Source: Camelus dromedarius (Eukaryota). Taken from it: a stretch of 64,000 bases of DNA. The position numbers and the translations under genes were made by a program. Below are positions 27,101 through 41,027 of the stretch, in pieces (position 1 is the stretch's first letter; each line of letters starts with the position of its first letter). The stretch spans positions 69,814,001 to 69,878,000 of the forward strand of contig NC_087436.1 of the NCBI RefSeq assembly GCF_036321535.1, written 5' to 3'. Below the pieces are notes generated by a model that worked only from the letters and a program-made list of their open reading frames with translations, was not told the origin of the DNA and did no database searches.

Positions 27101-27935
27101 ATCTGAGAATCCTGGAGAAGTAACGATTGCATCATACACAGTACCAACTCCTGCCTTTGCAGATGCCACCACGACAGCCACTGGAGAAGCTAATGATACT
27201 ACTACCAGCATTGCTCAAACTGTACCTACCACAAAGCCCTTACTGCTACCCTCTCACCTACTGTCACTACCTCTGCGTCTCAAGTCACCACCCTGTCGGC
27301 TGACACCTCCACCACCAGACAAGAGATCACAACCCTTGAAGGCGACACAACTATTACTCTAAGTGACACGACTGCTGCTCCAGCTGATGAAACCACTTCT
27401 GTAACTGAAACTGCTATGTGAAAGCTGGCACAACTATTGGAGAGACGGCTGTAACTGTGACTAGTCCTGCAGCCACTGCAGTGAACACTAATTGTGCAAC
27501 TGACACTGCACCCACTACAGAGGTCCTTAAAAGCACAACAGCTGCTCCAGGAGTGGACACTTCTACCCTTGGCACTACTCTGCCTGTGATCGCTGTCACT
27601 TCTGCTCTCCCTAGTGCCACCGCTGCTCCAGGATATGCCAGCACTACCACCACTACAACTGTTGGCACTGCACCTGAAGATGTCACCAACCCTGAATAGT
27701 ATACTTATGACACTGAAGATTCTGATTTAGTCTCAAAATATGAATATGACCCAGCACTCCCTGAAAAGTCCAGAATCTAATGCCACAGACCCTGTTACTC
27801 CTTCAACTCCAGGTGCCACTCCTCCTATATAAGATGTCTCAGGACCCACAAATGACATTACCCAGTACCTATGGGTGATAACTACCACACAGAGCCCTTG
27901 AATACTGATTGAATACCCCCCAAAATAATAAAAAA
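24125..27935 (+). pseudogene. Gene A: disabled SCPP-family secreted Lys-rich/Thr-rich mucin-like gene
   Basis: Candidate exon 1 ending 24243 (aag|gtatct). Exon 2 is 24999-25068 with ATG at 25015 (MKALSLSTIIWNLTTFFL|gtaagg). Exon 3 starts at 26077 (ttgcag|SDES...) and encodes K/S-rich, H/P/C-rich, then T/A-rich sequence. Stops at 26167, 26188 and 27697; frameshifts near 26505, 27240, 27415 and 27770; AATAAA at 27927. Confidence 0.8.
25300..25960 (+). mobile_element. Old LINE-1 (L1MB/L1MC-like) 3' end in gene A intron 2
   Basis: aagcaaccaagatgtccttcag, aataaactgtggtgtat, gtcaaaacccacagaatgtacaa motifs. Confidence 0.8.
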
Positions 27936-28779
27936 TATGAGATTTTAGCAGTGAAAATATCACAATTCTTTAAGTACACTTTATTGTATTGTAGTTTTTA
28001 GTCTTTCTTCTTTATCTATCACCAACATATCATGTCACATATTTGAAGTACCACAAGAAGACTTGTCATTGCATTTTACTGTGATGACTAAATTCACTTT
28101 ACAGGCCTCAGTACTTGACATGGAAAAGGTATTTATCTCTTATTCTCACTCTAGTCTCAAAACTACTTGATGTCCTAAGAGCAAGTATCCCTAAATCCTC
28201 TTAATTCCATAAGTGCTGAAGGATAATGAAAAGGATAATTTATTAACTTGACAAATTTAATTTTATGAAAGGAAATAAACTCTTAAAGGTGCTTACCTAT
28301 AGAAAATACAAATATCTTACATAGGATATGAGATTTTGGGATGCTGTAAAAGCAGAGATATTATTCATGGCACCAAGTCCCCATGTTATGTTTACAAAAA
28401 TAAATCATAGATTAGGCCACAAATATAACCTCCCCAAATGTTAAAAACAAAGAGGTTCTATAATCGGGAACTTCTCTTGCTAGACTGCAACAAAACTAAA
28501 ACTTAATTATAAAATCTAACAAAAAATGTCCAATTACTCTTTCAAAGGAAAAGAACTGTAACTAGACAGTAGCAATAAAGAGTTTAAAATAAAAATAAGA
28601 CTATCTATGCAGGCTAATAGGATGTAATCAAAGTTAGGTGAAGAGGTAAAACACTGTATTAGTATCATTTTAAGGTAAGAGTAGATTTATCAAAAAGTTA
28701 TGCTCCTAGTTATATCCCAGAAATATAACAAAAGAATTCTAAATAGCATAGAGGGACTCTAAAAAGACTAAGATCTTTT

Positions 28780-29231
28780 AAATCCAGTTTTATTGAAGTA
28801 TAATTGAGAAAACTGTATATATTTAAAGTGCGCAAAGTGATGATTTGATATGCATTTGTGACATGATTGCATCAAGCTAATTAATACATCCATCACCTCA
28901 AATGGTTACTCTTTTTTTTATTGCAAGTATACAAAACAGTGTTATTAGCCATAGTACAATGCTGTACTTTAGATCCTCAGAACTTATTCATTCTATAACT
29001 TAAAGTTTGTACCCTTTGACCAACATCTCCCCATTTCCCCAACCCCAACCCTTGCCAATCACCATTCAATTCTGTTTCTGAGTTTGGTTTATTTTTTTTA
29101 ATTTCACATATAAATGATACCAGATAGCATTTGTCTTTCTCTGTCTGGCTTATTTCACTTAGCAAAAATCCTTCCAGATTCATCCATGTTGTCACAAATA
29201 CCAGGATTTCCTTCTTTTTACAGCTAATATT

Positions 29232-29262
<31 letters not shown>

Positions 29263-30220
29263 CTGTGTCTGTGTGTGCGTGATGTTTTCTTTACCTACTC
29301 ATTTGTTGACAGACACTTAGGTTGTTTCCATATTTTAGCTATTGTGAATATGGTGCAATGAACATATTAGTACAGAAGTGTCTTCAAGATAATGATTATT
29401 TTTCCCTTCATATATATACCTCACAGTAGGATTGCTGGATCATATGGTAGTTCTATTTTTATTTTTTGAAGAACCTCCATACTGTTTTCCACAATGACTG
29501 TACAAATTTACCTTCCCACCAAGAGTGCACATGGATTAACTTTTCTCTACATTCTAGCTAACATTATTGTCTCTTGTCTTTTTAATAATAGTCATCCTAA
29601 CAGGTGACAGGTGATATCTCATTGTGGTTTTTATTTGCATTCCCCCAATGATTCATGACTTTGAACACCTTCTCATGTACCTGTTGCCCATCTGTATATA
29701 TTCTTTGGAAAAATGTCTGCTCAGGTCTTCTGCCCATTTTTTAACTGGATTATTTGGGGGTTTTTTTGCTATTGAGTCATGTGAATATCCTTTTGGATAT
29801 TAGCCCCTACCAGGTATGTGAGTTGCAAGTATTTCCTCACATTCCATGAGTTGCCTTTTCATTTTGTTGATTGGTATTTTTTTGTTCTGAAGAAGACTTT
29901 TAGTTTGATGTTGTCCCACTTGTTTATTTTTGTTTTGTTGCATGGGCTTTTGATGTCATATTCAAAAAATCATTGCCAAGACCATTATCAAGAAGCTTTT
30001 CCCCTATGTTTTCTTTTAGGAGTTTTACTAGGCGTTTTACCAGGTTTCAGGTCTTAAAATCCTAAAATTCATATGGGACCATGAATACTAAAACAATCTT
30101 GAAGAAGAAAACAAAGCTAAAGCAATTACATTTCCTGCTTTCAAACTATATTGCAAGGCTTTAGTAATCAAAATAGTTTGGTGCTGGCATAAAAACAGAC
30201 ACATAGACCAAGGGAAGTAG
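28780..30220 (-). mobile_element. LINE-1 3' part (antisense, about 28780-30055) with inverted sense ORF2 piece (about 30056-30220)
   Basis: Antisense L1 3' UTR/ORF2 motifs, then sense ggcataaaaacagacacatagaccaa. Contains a (TG)n tract at about 29235-29280. Confidence 0.82.
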
Positions 30221-33139
30221 AACTAATACCCAAGTAATCACATAATTGTTCATTATTTTCCTCTCTCCTGGTGTAATAAAAGTAGAAAGAAGAAAACATA
30301 TTCTTGATATTCTCATTCAATTAAGATTATGCTAACTTCTCAATATAACCAAGTGTCACTGATTCATTCCTAGGACTCCAAAGATCCCCAACACATTTGC
30401 TGTGAAGGAAACACCACAGTCTTCAGAAATGGTCCCTTTTAATAGATTCTAGGCATATATTAACAAATCTATAATCTCTTTTTATACTACCCTTTACATT
30501 TCTCCATTTTGCTTTGAGTATACATAACATGTTTGAAGTATCTGTGTGTAGTTTATCAATAAATAGAGTGTATTTTTTAACTAGCAAAGATGAATAGCTG
30601 AAATGTCTGGAGCACAATTTTATCCAACTTATTCATCTTTAGCTTAGAATTCAGGCAGGTTGTCTCATTTGCTCTTTTCTGTCCTCTCAGAAATTATATA
30701 TCCTCAATGCTAGAAGTCAAATCCTCATGCTGAAATATTAAATATGTTTTCTCTGAAGTCATGAGGAAATTGCTAGACTCAGAGCTACTTCTTTAGGTGA
30801 TTTTAAACAAAATAAACAAGATGGATGCCTGTTTGATTATGAAACTCACTGATTACCTGAAAGGTTTCAGATTTTTGGATGGTGATAATTCTATTCACTT
30901 TATTTATGCTTATACACAGCTACTTCAACATAAATTACTCAGCAAAGCAAAAGAAATATGATATAATAAAATGATAAGCTAGTCAATAATAATGAGACTA
31001 AAGAGAGAATGAAATAAATGGAATATAACTAAATAGAAAATATAATTATTTAATATGAAAGAAAAGTAAAGGAAGTAAGGAAAATAAGGAAAAAACTTCA
31101 TTAATAATATATTCACCTCAAAATATTTATAATAATAAATGGAAAGCAATCTATCAATTAACTAATGGAAAAGTACCTGTGGAATATCTATATGGTACAA
31201 TCATGTCATTAAAATTATGTTTATAAAAGATTTTTAATAGAATTTAATGTCTATATAATATTTTGAGTGTGAAAAATATAATACAGAATTTTTTACATAA
31301 TCACTATTAAAAATTTAATATAGTTAACCTACTAATTTGTTTTTAATTTTTTAAGAAAATTATCAAGGTTATGTGATTAAAACTTATTTTTAATTTTTTT
31401 CTTTCAAATTTTTATTTTCTAATTTTCTATCATGAGCATTAATTACTTTGGGAATTGAAAGAAGCAACCTTTGAAATATGTAAAATTTAGTAAAGCTTAT
31501 GCATTAAAAATAACTGAAAATAGACAAAAATAAAAAAAAATCAGACTTATAGTGCTAATATATTTTTAAAATATATTCTACTCATTACAACAGTAAATAT
31601 TTTAACTAGGAACTTCTTGGAGGTCTTATTCAAATAAGTGAGAAATTATATTACAAAATTGGTAAACTAAGGAAGCCATTTAAACCATGTAGAACCATCA
31701 ATTATTTTCAACTACTAGCCCCGGTGTTCTCTGAAACCATGTTGTGAAGCTGGTGAGCACAATAGAAATCACACTTCCCAAATGAAAAAATATACTGGAG
31801 TTCATATTTTAAAAAAAAAAAATTCAGCACCAATAAATTCATATAACCAAACACCAAAGCCAGAATAAACATACAGTTCAAAAAATTGTTATAAGATTTG
31901 TCAAAGAATAACTTTGAGGAATTTAGTTATTTACCTGCATTGAGGGAGACTGTTTTCAATGAACAAAGAGAAAATGAGAATTGTGATGAGGAGAAAGGAG
32001 ACGGGGAAAAACACTGTCTAGAAACACTAAGTCATAATTTACATTTTGGGGGTAAATCAGCAACTGGCAAGGAAGGGGTGAACAATACTGCAATTACTAT
32101 CCAGTCTGAAGATATTTTGTTTTTTATGCCTAGGACTATGTCAGTGTGTACATCACCTAATTTTTAATACTCTGGTTGGATCCTTTAAAATATTCCTTGA
32201 TCTATTATAATATAATCCCTAACCTAATATCATCATAAAAACTATTAGCATTTATTCAGTATTTAGTTATGTTCCAGACAATGTGCTAAGTACTTTACAT
32301 TGATTTATTCATTTAATACTTACAACAATCCTATAATAATGAAGAAAATGAAGCAAAAAAAGATGAAACACAGCTAGCAATTAAATCCAGACAGGCTTAC
32401 ACGAAATCCTAAACACTTAGCTACTGAAATATTTCTAGATAAGCCTTTCTACATTAAAATTGTAAAATATACATTTATCAATATCCAAGGAAAAGAATTT
32501 GGACTGAACTAAATTGTATACTTCTTTAGGTTAAATAATAGGAGAGGTTCTTTCCATAGTCTCATTAATACTCAGTGTCAGTCAGTATAAGCTACATTAC
32601 TCTGAAATTTCTCTTGACTCCATTTTTTTCAAGAAAAAATATTGGAAATGTTTGTATAACATCTTATTGAAAAGATAATAAAAGAAAATGAAGTAGATAT
32701 GGACCACGACTTCAAGGAACTTAAGAGTTTATTTGAATATTAGCCAGCTACATGTTTCATGTCAAAATAAGAGTGGTAAATTTCATAAAAGAGTACAATG
32801 GGGTTTCAGATGAGGTAACAACTACTTCAAACTGGGCATATAGGAAGGTTTCCAAGAGGTGAAAGTATTTGAGCTGGGCCTTAAAGAACACAAAGGTCAC
32901 TTAGACCCTTAGGTTAGAAAGCTAAGGACGTTCTAGACAGTAAAGAACATCAAAGAAGCAAAATATCTTTAAGGGAAACAGGATGTAGTTTACATAATCA
33001 AGGGTATAAGGTTCATGCAGAAAGCAACAGAGAGGGAAATAAGATTAGAAAGAAAGGCGGGGTTCACATAGAATTTTGAATGAAACTTTTTACAAGTACA
33101 ATAACTGGTAGTTGAGCTTCTGTCACTCACAACCTGCTA

Positions 33140-33740
33140 ATTTCTGTCATTTTTCTAAGCACAGATACTGTTGTCACTATCACCTCCAAGAATCTATCAG
33201 GTATCACCACCTCATTAAGCCCCACTGCTGTTACTACTCCCAGCCAGCCCGCAAACCTATCATTTCCACAAGCACCACGTAGAACCAACACCAACATGCT
33301 CCCAGAGTTACCCACCACATCTCTTCTGGCACATACATCACTGTAATGTCAGCATCAACCAACAAAATTGAAACTACGTTTAGCACCAATGGATCTACAG
33401 GCAAAATGAGTACTGAAAAAAAGTTGCACCTAAGACTTTGAATAAAGAGAAAACCAACAAACTTGGAACCACCCTGAAACTTACTAAATAAGCTCAGCAC
33501 TAATGGTGATAATGATCATTTGGATTTTGACACTGATCTCAAAGCTGACACCACTTTCAAAAAAGGAACAACTATTACTTCTCCAAATGGTGACAGTCCC
33601 AGGATGAGTATATTTCAATGTAATATATGCAATGAATAACCCTGCAATTACAATTTGGAAAAAGGTTTGCAAGAGTATGTGCCAAGTGCCAAGCTAGAGA
33701 GCTAAATGTGTAGCACTGTAGCAATTAAGAAATAAACTTC
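33140..33740 (+). pseudogene. Decayed Thr/Ser-rich mucin-like exon relic
   Basis: Frames read STDTVVTITSKNLSGITTSLSPTAVTTPSQP..., TYITVMSASTNKIETTFSTNGST..., DTDLKADTTFKKGTTITSPNGDS with stops and frameshifts. Pyrimidine-rich candidate acceptor near 33159; AATAAA at 33731. Confidence 0.5.
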
Positions 33741-34059
33741 CATTTTAAGCTTTCTATTGGTTTAATGCCACACAAAATAATTTACTGTAATTTTCTATTA
33801 CTTTATAGAGCAGTACTTTCAACCCCATTAAAAAAGAATACTTGATAGATGAATCACTAGAGGAAATGCTGTAAAAGACATTTAGCATATACTAATTTAC
33901 AGTAATAATAAAACCCCCATTGATCTCCAACTTCATCTGCCAATATACGTTTCTATTCAGGGAACCATTATTTCAAAGTTATATTCTTCTCCAAATCCTT
34001 ATTAATAGAACATATGAACAGATGACTGCTGCTATTCTTACTACTATTACTGACATTAA

Positions 34060-34330
34060 TAATCACTAACACCTCTGTAGTACTTACTATGGGCTTGACA
34101 CTATTGTAAATATTTCGCATATATTGATCCACTTAATTCTTACAACTGTCCTGTAAAATAAGAATTATCATTATCCCCATTAACAGAGAAAACTGAGGCA
34201 TGGATAAAGTAAGCCACTTATCCTAGATCACACTTCCAGCAAGCAGGGCAGCAAAGAACTGAACGCAGGTCTGTTGTAATCTGTGTCTGATCACTGTTCT
34301 GTAGATACAGCCACTCAACCTAAATATCCA
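34060..34330 (-). mobile_element. MIR SINE
   Basis: Core motif attatccccattaacagagaaaactgaggca. Confidence 0.7.
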
Positions 34331-34551
34331 ACTGAAAATATTCATAATCTGGTCATAGTTGAGGTTTTTCATACTGTTTCCATTTTTATAAGAACATATT
34401 CTATAAAGATTTTTTAATCCATTTAGTATAATTTTATTATAAGCTATCTTACTGGGAAAAGGTGAATAGTAAGTTGAGCTTTCCATGGTTCTTTTATGTA
34501 GCTCAGAGAATGCTTTCAGAATAAAAAGATTGAATAATAAAAAGAGTAGCT

Positions 34552-35305
34552 AGTGTGGTCACTATGGAAAACAGTATGGAGGTTCCTCAAAACATTAAAA
34601 ATAGAACTATCATATGATTCAGCAATTCTACTTTGGGGCATTTACCCAAGGAAATGAAAACACTAACTCAAAAAAGATTTCTGTACCCCCATGTTCACTG
34701 CAGCATTATTTACAATAGTTAAGATATGGAAACAGCCTAAATGTCCAATGATGGGTCAATGGATAAAGAAAATATGGCACATACATACAACAGAATATTA
34801 TTCAGCCATAAAAAAGAATAAACTCTTGCAATTTGCAACAACACAGATGAACTTTGAGGGCATCATGCTAAGTAAAATAGGCCAGAGAAAAAGAGACAAA
34901 TACTGTATTTGTACATATCACTTATATGTGGAATCTAAAAAAAAATAGCTCATAGATACAAAGAACAAAACAGATTGGTGGTTGCCAGAGCTGAGGTGGG
35001 AGGGAAGGGTTAGGTGAAATGGGTAAAGGGGGTCAAAAAGTACAAACTTCCAGTTTTAAAATAAATAAATCATGAGGTTATAATAAACCATGGTGACTAT
35101 AGTTAATAGCATTATATTGCATATTTGAAAGCTGCTGAGAGAGCAGATCTTAAATTTCTCATCATAAGAAAGAAAAATTTGTAACTATGTACAGTGATGT
35201 ACAGACTTATTGTGGTGACCATTTTGCAATATATACACATATCAAATCAGTATGTTGTACACCTGAAACTAATATATGTGAATTTTGCCTCAATAAATAA
35301 ATAAT
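34552..35305 (+). mobile_element. LINE-1 3' end
   Basis: ORF2 C-terminus (MFTAALFTIVKIWKQPKCP) followed by 3' UTR and an (AAAT)n tail. Confidence 0.9.
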
Positions 35306-35496
35306 TAGTGAGCAAGTTCTAGCTTATAGTCTGGGACACAGTTACACAAAAAATATATTCTAAAGAATGAATAAACAAACACACAAATTTGTTTTCAGCC
35401 TATTTAAATATCTTTATATTGAGACAACGAAAAAGAAAGATACTATAGAAATGATTTGCCTTATTTTATTGAAGAGGAAATTTGCACAAAAAGGGT

Positions 35497-35825
35497 CAGC
35501 GCTGTCCATTAGAAATATAATCCAAGCTACGTATGTAACCTTAGATTTTCCAGTAGCCAGAAAACTTTTTAAAAAGTTAAAAGAAACAGTGAAATTAATT
35601 TAAACTATATATTTATTTAACCTAATATAGCCAAAGTATTATCATTTGAACACTTAGTAAGCATTTAAAAAATTTTAAAGAGATGGCTTGTATTCTTTCA
35701 TTCATATGAAGTCTTGATCATTCAGTGTGTATTTTACACTTACAATACATCTCAATTCAGACTGGCTCCATTTCAGGTGCTCACCAGCAATGTGCGGATA
35801 TTGGCTATTGCACTGGACAGCACAG
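35497..35825 (+). mobile_element. MER33-like hAT/Charlie non-autonomous DNA transposon
   Basis: Terminal inverted repeats cagcgctgtcca...tggacagcacag, about 330 bp; internal sequence matches the recalled MER33 consensus. Confidence 0.8.
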
Positions 35826-37399
35826 CCTTGGGGTGCAACAGAGGAAGGGCTTCAGTCCTCTTCTATTCCCACTCCTCACCATCCCACAAATATTTAATAA
35901 GCACCCTCTATACATCTGGTAGTAGAAATACAATTTAGGGGAAATCAAGTGGGGATCTCAAACTGTCACATATGTGTGGAACACTAAACTAAGAGATCGA
36001 ATACACAAATGGACAATGGCCAGGCCATATATGACAATAAAACTCTGACCCATAACCTCTGGCAGCATATAGCTAGGGAAACCAAATAACAGTCATTCTA
36101 GAATGTTCAGGACAAACACACATACACATATAATATGTATAATATATGTATATATAATATACACACACACATGTATATATAATCTAATATTGGTTAAATA
36201 ATGAGACATGATATTTCCTACATTAGAAAAATCTATTATCATTGGAAAGTCACAAGTTATTCAATAGAATTGAGCTTTGTTGAGGCAACATTAAGCACTT
36301 TATAAATTAGTTTGAGACAGGCAAGAAGGTAGCGAGGACAAAAAGATATGAAGAGTTATGCGTATTCTAAGTTTTTTATTTTTTCAGGAGTGGAAGCAAA
36401 GGAATCTATATTAGTATCAGGTTAAGAAATTTTACTAGTATCTCTTAATTTATGGACATTTATATATATCTTATAATTTTTATCTAAATATCTCAAAATT
36501 ATACACTATTACAAGAGGGGAGAAATAGACTATATTGCTAATATTGGAATTTTCAAAAGAACTTACATAAGTAATATAAAAGCATAAGAAAATATTTTAT
36601 TTAGGAAAGGTTTTTTTTTTCTTTTCTTTCAGTTGTCTTTCAAACTCAATCAAGTATTTCTGCTATTTGAAAAATATTTCTTAGAGATTCAGTAGTACCT
36701 ATCTTCGGTTTGAATGTGATAGAGATTTAGGACCATGAAACCTTTCCCTGCATTTTGTCAGTGTACTTTCAAGTTTCTCAAGAGTAATCATCACTCTTTA
36801 GTAAAACATTCTGAAAGCAAATTAATCTTTGAAGCAATTGTAAATAACTGGATTAAACTAAAATTAATACTTATGTCATTTATATTTTAATTTTTTATAT
36901 TATTAGAAGAGTGATCTAAGTTTATTCCAAAATCTTGGGGAATAGAAGAAAAACAAACAAAACACATTATTCCTTCAACCCAGAAGAGGAGTGGGAAATT
37001 GTCTTCTAACCCAAGTGTACACATCTCAACACTGTTACAGAATATTTTCTCTGCTTATAGAAACAATTTCTGTATCATAAAACAGCATCATGTATAAAAC
37101 TCTTTATGGTATTTTTTCACCCTAATTTATGTAACCAATTCTCTGTCTGGGGGCAGTTTTTTTTCTCTTTTACAATCAATTCTGAGATACAAAACCTGGG
37201 ATCCACAATTATTTCTATGAAATAAAGCCCCAGACATGGAATGACTGGAGGCAGAACATTACACACACAAACATTTGTCCATAGATATTTTATGAGATGT
37301 TTTATATTCCAACTGCTAATCTTAGGAAAGTCGTAAAAAAGGTATAAGCAATAAAATGGTTTGACCTAAAACCATCACATTCTTGCTATAAGGCCTTGG

Positions 37400-37910
37400 T
37401 GTAGCAGAGACCAGGTCGAAGACCGTTAAAACAGATTAAGAACCAGGTGAGAGATGATGGTGGCTTGGATGAGGGAGGTAAAAAGAGGTAGGATCCTGGA
37501 TATTCTTTAAAGGCTTTCCTGATGGACTGGATGTGAGCAGTGAGAAAAATAGAGAGAATTGCAATGAATCCAAAGCTCTAGGTCTGAAAAACTGAAATAA
37601 TAGTAGAAGCTATGAAAGTATAGCAGTTGATTGTACTGTAAGGAATGTCAGGAGTTCCATTTTGAAAACATCAAATTTGAAATGTTTATTAGTGATCTAA
37701 TTAACAACAGCAAGTTAACAGTTAGATATTCAAGTCTGAAGTATAAGAGAGATGTCAGGACCCGTGAGATTATATATTTAAGAGTAGATGCCATAGAGGT
37801 GGCATTTAAAACCATGAAGCCAGGTGAGATCACCAAAGAAGTGACTGTAAATACAAAAAGCAAGAGGGTCAAACTCCAAGCCCTGGGGCACCTCAACATT
37901 GAGAAGCATC
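37400..37910 (-). mobile_element. LINE-2 fragment
   Basis: Purine-rich L2 motifs (ccaggtgagagatgatggtggcttgga, ggagttccattttgaaaacat). Confidence 0.6.
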
Positions 37911-40900
37911 TAAATGAAACCATAACTTATCATTTTAATTATTTTTATTAACAACAAAATTGAGTATGTTCTCTTCGATTAAATTTCTGAATCTCCTTGT
38001 GTTAACATTAGTAAAGATGTTTTAAAAATTTAAACAAACATAAACATATAATGTTAATATGAGATACTTTTCCCACTACAAACATTGTTAGCCAAATGGA
38101 CTCCAGGTGCAGGAAAATATTCTATACAGAGGGAACAGTTAAAGCAAAGATCACAATCGTTTTCTTAGACAGTTGTTAAATAAAACAACTTACAGCTTCT
38201 GACATTTGAGGACAAGAACTTCTTCACCCAAAAAACTCTCTTGGCAAAGCAACAATATCTGCTTAACAAAACTATAATTTTGAACTTCGTGAAGGAATAT
38301 ATAGTGATCAGTGTTCTGAAGCAAAAGGAAACTTACATGTGAAAAAAAGCAAATCACATTATGAGTCATATCAGTGTAACACTCTTAAGTGCCTGTGGCC
38401 TTTCTGGCTTGAAATTGATGACCTGACATCTCATGAAAAGACAGCATTATGTTTTATTCCGCTACTAGCACATTTACTATACTGTTGAGTATCCAGCAGG
38501 CATTCAGCTCAAGAGGTTCTTTGAAGCAAAGGTGAATTAGAAGACATATTCCCCTAATAGTAGAGGAATTGCCCAATGGGAATATATTGGATCTACTAAA
38601 AGCCGTCCTTTGAAAAAGAAGGCCATTCTTTTTCCATTTGATCTTTCATTAGAATCATTATTTATTGATGTATTCTCAGTATCTACTAAAGAGCCTAAAA
38701 ATATAATTCTTTAGTATTTTTGAATGAATGAATAAGTGGGATTTATTAGTAGAAAGTTATAATCAATATTTTTACTTACAAATCAAGTAAGGTAAACAGC
38801 TGTTAATTCAAGCTGTTAATTCAGTTAAATACATAAATGTTTAGGTTTTAATTTGTTATAACTATATTTACAAACAACTTTACACTGTATTTTATGCATG
38901 AGTAAATGCTCTCATTTAAATCTAAGACTATCTTCATGTATTAGGAAACTATTATTCTCTTTCTACATGAGGTTAAATGATCTCTCTGCAGACCTGATGT
39001 GACAGCTAGGACTTAAACATAGATCTAAATCCAATGACAACTCCATTTACCGTGTAAGAACTATCATTATTACTTCAATGAATTTTCAAATACACTAATT
39101 CTCATGTCTGCATTTCTTTGGCAATAGAATTTTTACTATCTTCCCTGGTTAGTGATTTAATATATATTTACATGTGAAAAATGGTAAATGATTAAGAATA
39201 AAATAACAAATATGCAGGCAAAATAACCTTCATATAATTAAGAATATACTCAGAAAGTTCTAAGGTAGCTGCAAATAAAATGGCTCTGATATTCACTTTC
39301 AAACAAGTTGATGCGAAAGAAGTTCCTTATATTTTTCTGAATAAAAGTATTTAAGAAAATATTTCAATATATTTTAAGCAATTAGAAGAATTTTGATTTA
39401 CATTTTCCCCTTGAATATTTTTATGCCTTGATTATTTCAATTCTACCAAAAAACCATGGGAGTAAATTATGCAAAAATAGAGTTGATTAAAGTTGTAAAG
39501 CTGTAGGAATATAAGATAAAATATTAATTATTCTATGATTAATATTAAATTACTAGATAATGTTTTTTTTATAAAGTTCTTCATAAAGAAATGATAGCCT
39601 AGAAATCACGGGATTTAATTATCCATCATGATGAATGATGAGTAAAAAGAAACAGGTTTATGTATATTTGCAATGATATACATAGCTAACCTATTTTACA
39701 AACATTTATGTGTGGCTTTCTATGTGCCAGCTACTAAAATGTACAGTGGGGTATACTTATAATCAAATAAATACAATCTCTGCCCTCAGAGAATTTGAAA
39801 TCCAGTATGGAAATCAGCATTTAAACATATAACTACATAAACTCATGTATGAATTTGTTAATTATGAAAAACCGCTACAAGTGCAGAAAGAGCAAATGAG
39901 ACACGGAGGTTTCCTGAAAAAGTAATTCTGAGCTGGGATCAAAATACTAGTGTAAACTTCTATTGTTTAGAAACTTGCAGGGTTTAACAGGACAACAGGG
40001 TTATAGCCTTTCACTTGCTGGCTACTGCCACTTTTTCCGCGGTAAAGATTTTATACACTGTAAACCAAGAACTCCCTAATATTGAGAAATTACACAGAAA
40101 TAGATTTTAGAGTGAGAATATGGCACTGTGTATTTACAAACTGGACAGAGTCAGGTAGAAATAAAGAAAAAGTAATGTCTTTCCTTCTTTCAACAGCCAT
40201 AAGAATGTGTGTACTTACTGTCTCTTTGGATTAGAAGAGAAAAATTAAAGAGGAGGTTGAAAGTAAGAATCAAGGATAAGCAAGCAAAGAATTCAAAGGA
40301 AAAGCAGGACAGAAAACATTTGAGAACATTGAGAAGTTCTCTAAGAGTTAGGAGGAATTAAATCTGTGAGAGATTAACAAAGCCTATGCTTTCTTTCTAC
40401 TTCCACATCCTCCCAACTCAAATGTAGATTTGAGGGGTGGTGTGTTCTGAAGTCTACAGGAGGAAGGGGTTTATTACATATCGAACTTGTTTGCTTTCAG
40501 CTAACTGAGCCAATGATTTTGTCTTTAAAAAACAAGAGTAATAAACACTCTTCCCACTCAAATATCAAGTATACAGTAGTTTCACAAACTGGACTATTCA
40601 GAAACATAGATTATATAATGTTATTTGTTTTTCTGAGACTGGGCCTTTTAATTTTAAACAATACTGCTTTTCTTTTAATATTTCTTGAAAGACTCATAAA
40701 ATAATTTTCTTATGTTTTTCCAGTTTAATTATACATTGTTCACCAGCTTCATATAATTTTGTGTAAGATGATACAGTTTTCACAGTTTCTATGGATTCAA
40801 TTTCTCTCAGGCCACGTGTGCAAATGCGTCTAAACAACTCCACTTTTTTAAGTTTTCCTCTCTTCTTTTTCCTTCATTTCTTAGAGAATTATTTTTACAC

Positions 40901-41027
40901 TTTAGGCCTCACCCAAGACTTTGACTCACAATAAAAATAAATTCATGTTTTTAGACTATTGTCTTCTAACTAATGAACATGGTAGATTCCTCTTTTTATT
41001 GGGTCATTTTTAATTCTGCTTAATAAT

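Noticed and set aside
33140..33740. CABS1 (next gene in the human order)
   Set aside because: No intact ORF and no CABS1 motifs recognised; CABS1 probably lies beyond the window.
37631..37951. 106-aa ORF with an overlapping antisense ORF
   Set aside because: Lies in a degraded LINE-2 fragment; no recognisable protein.
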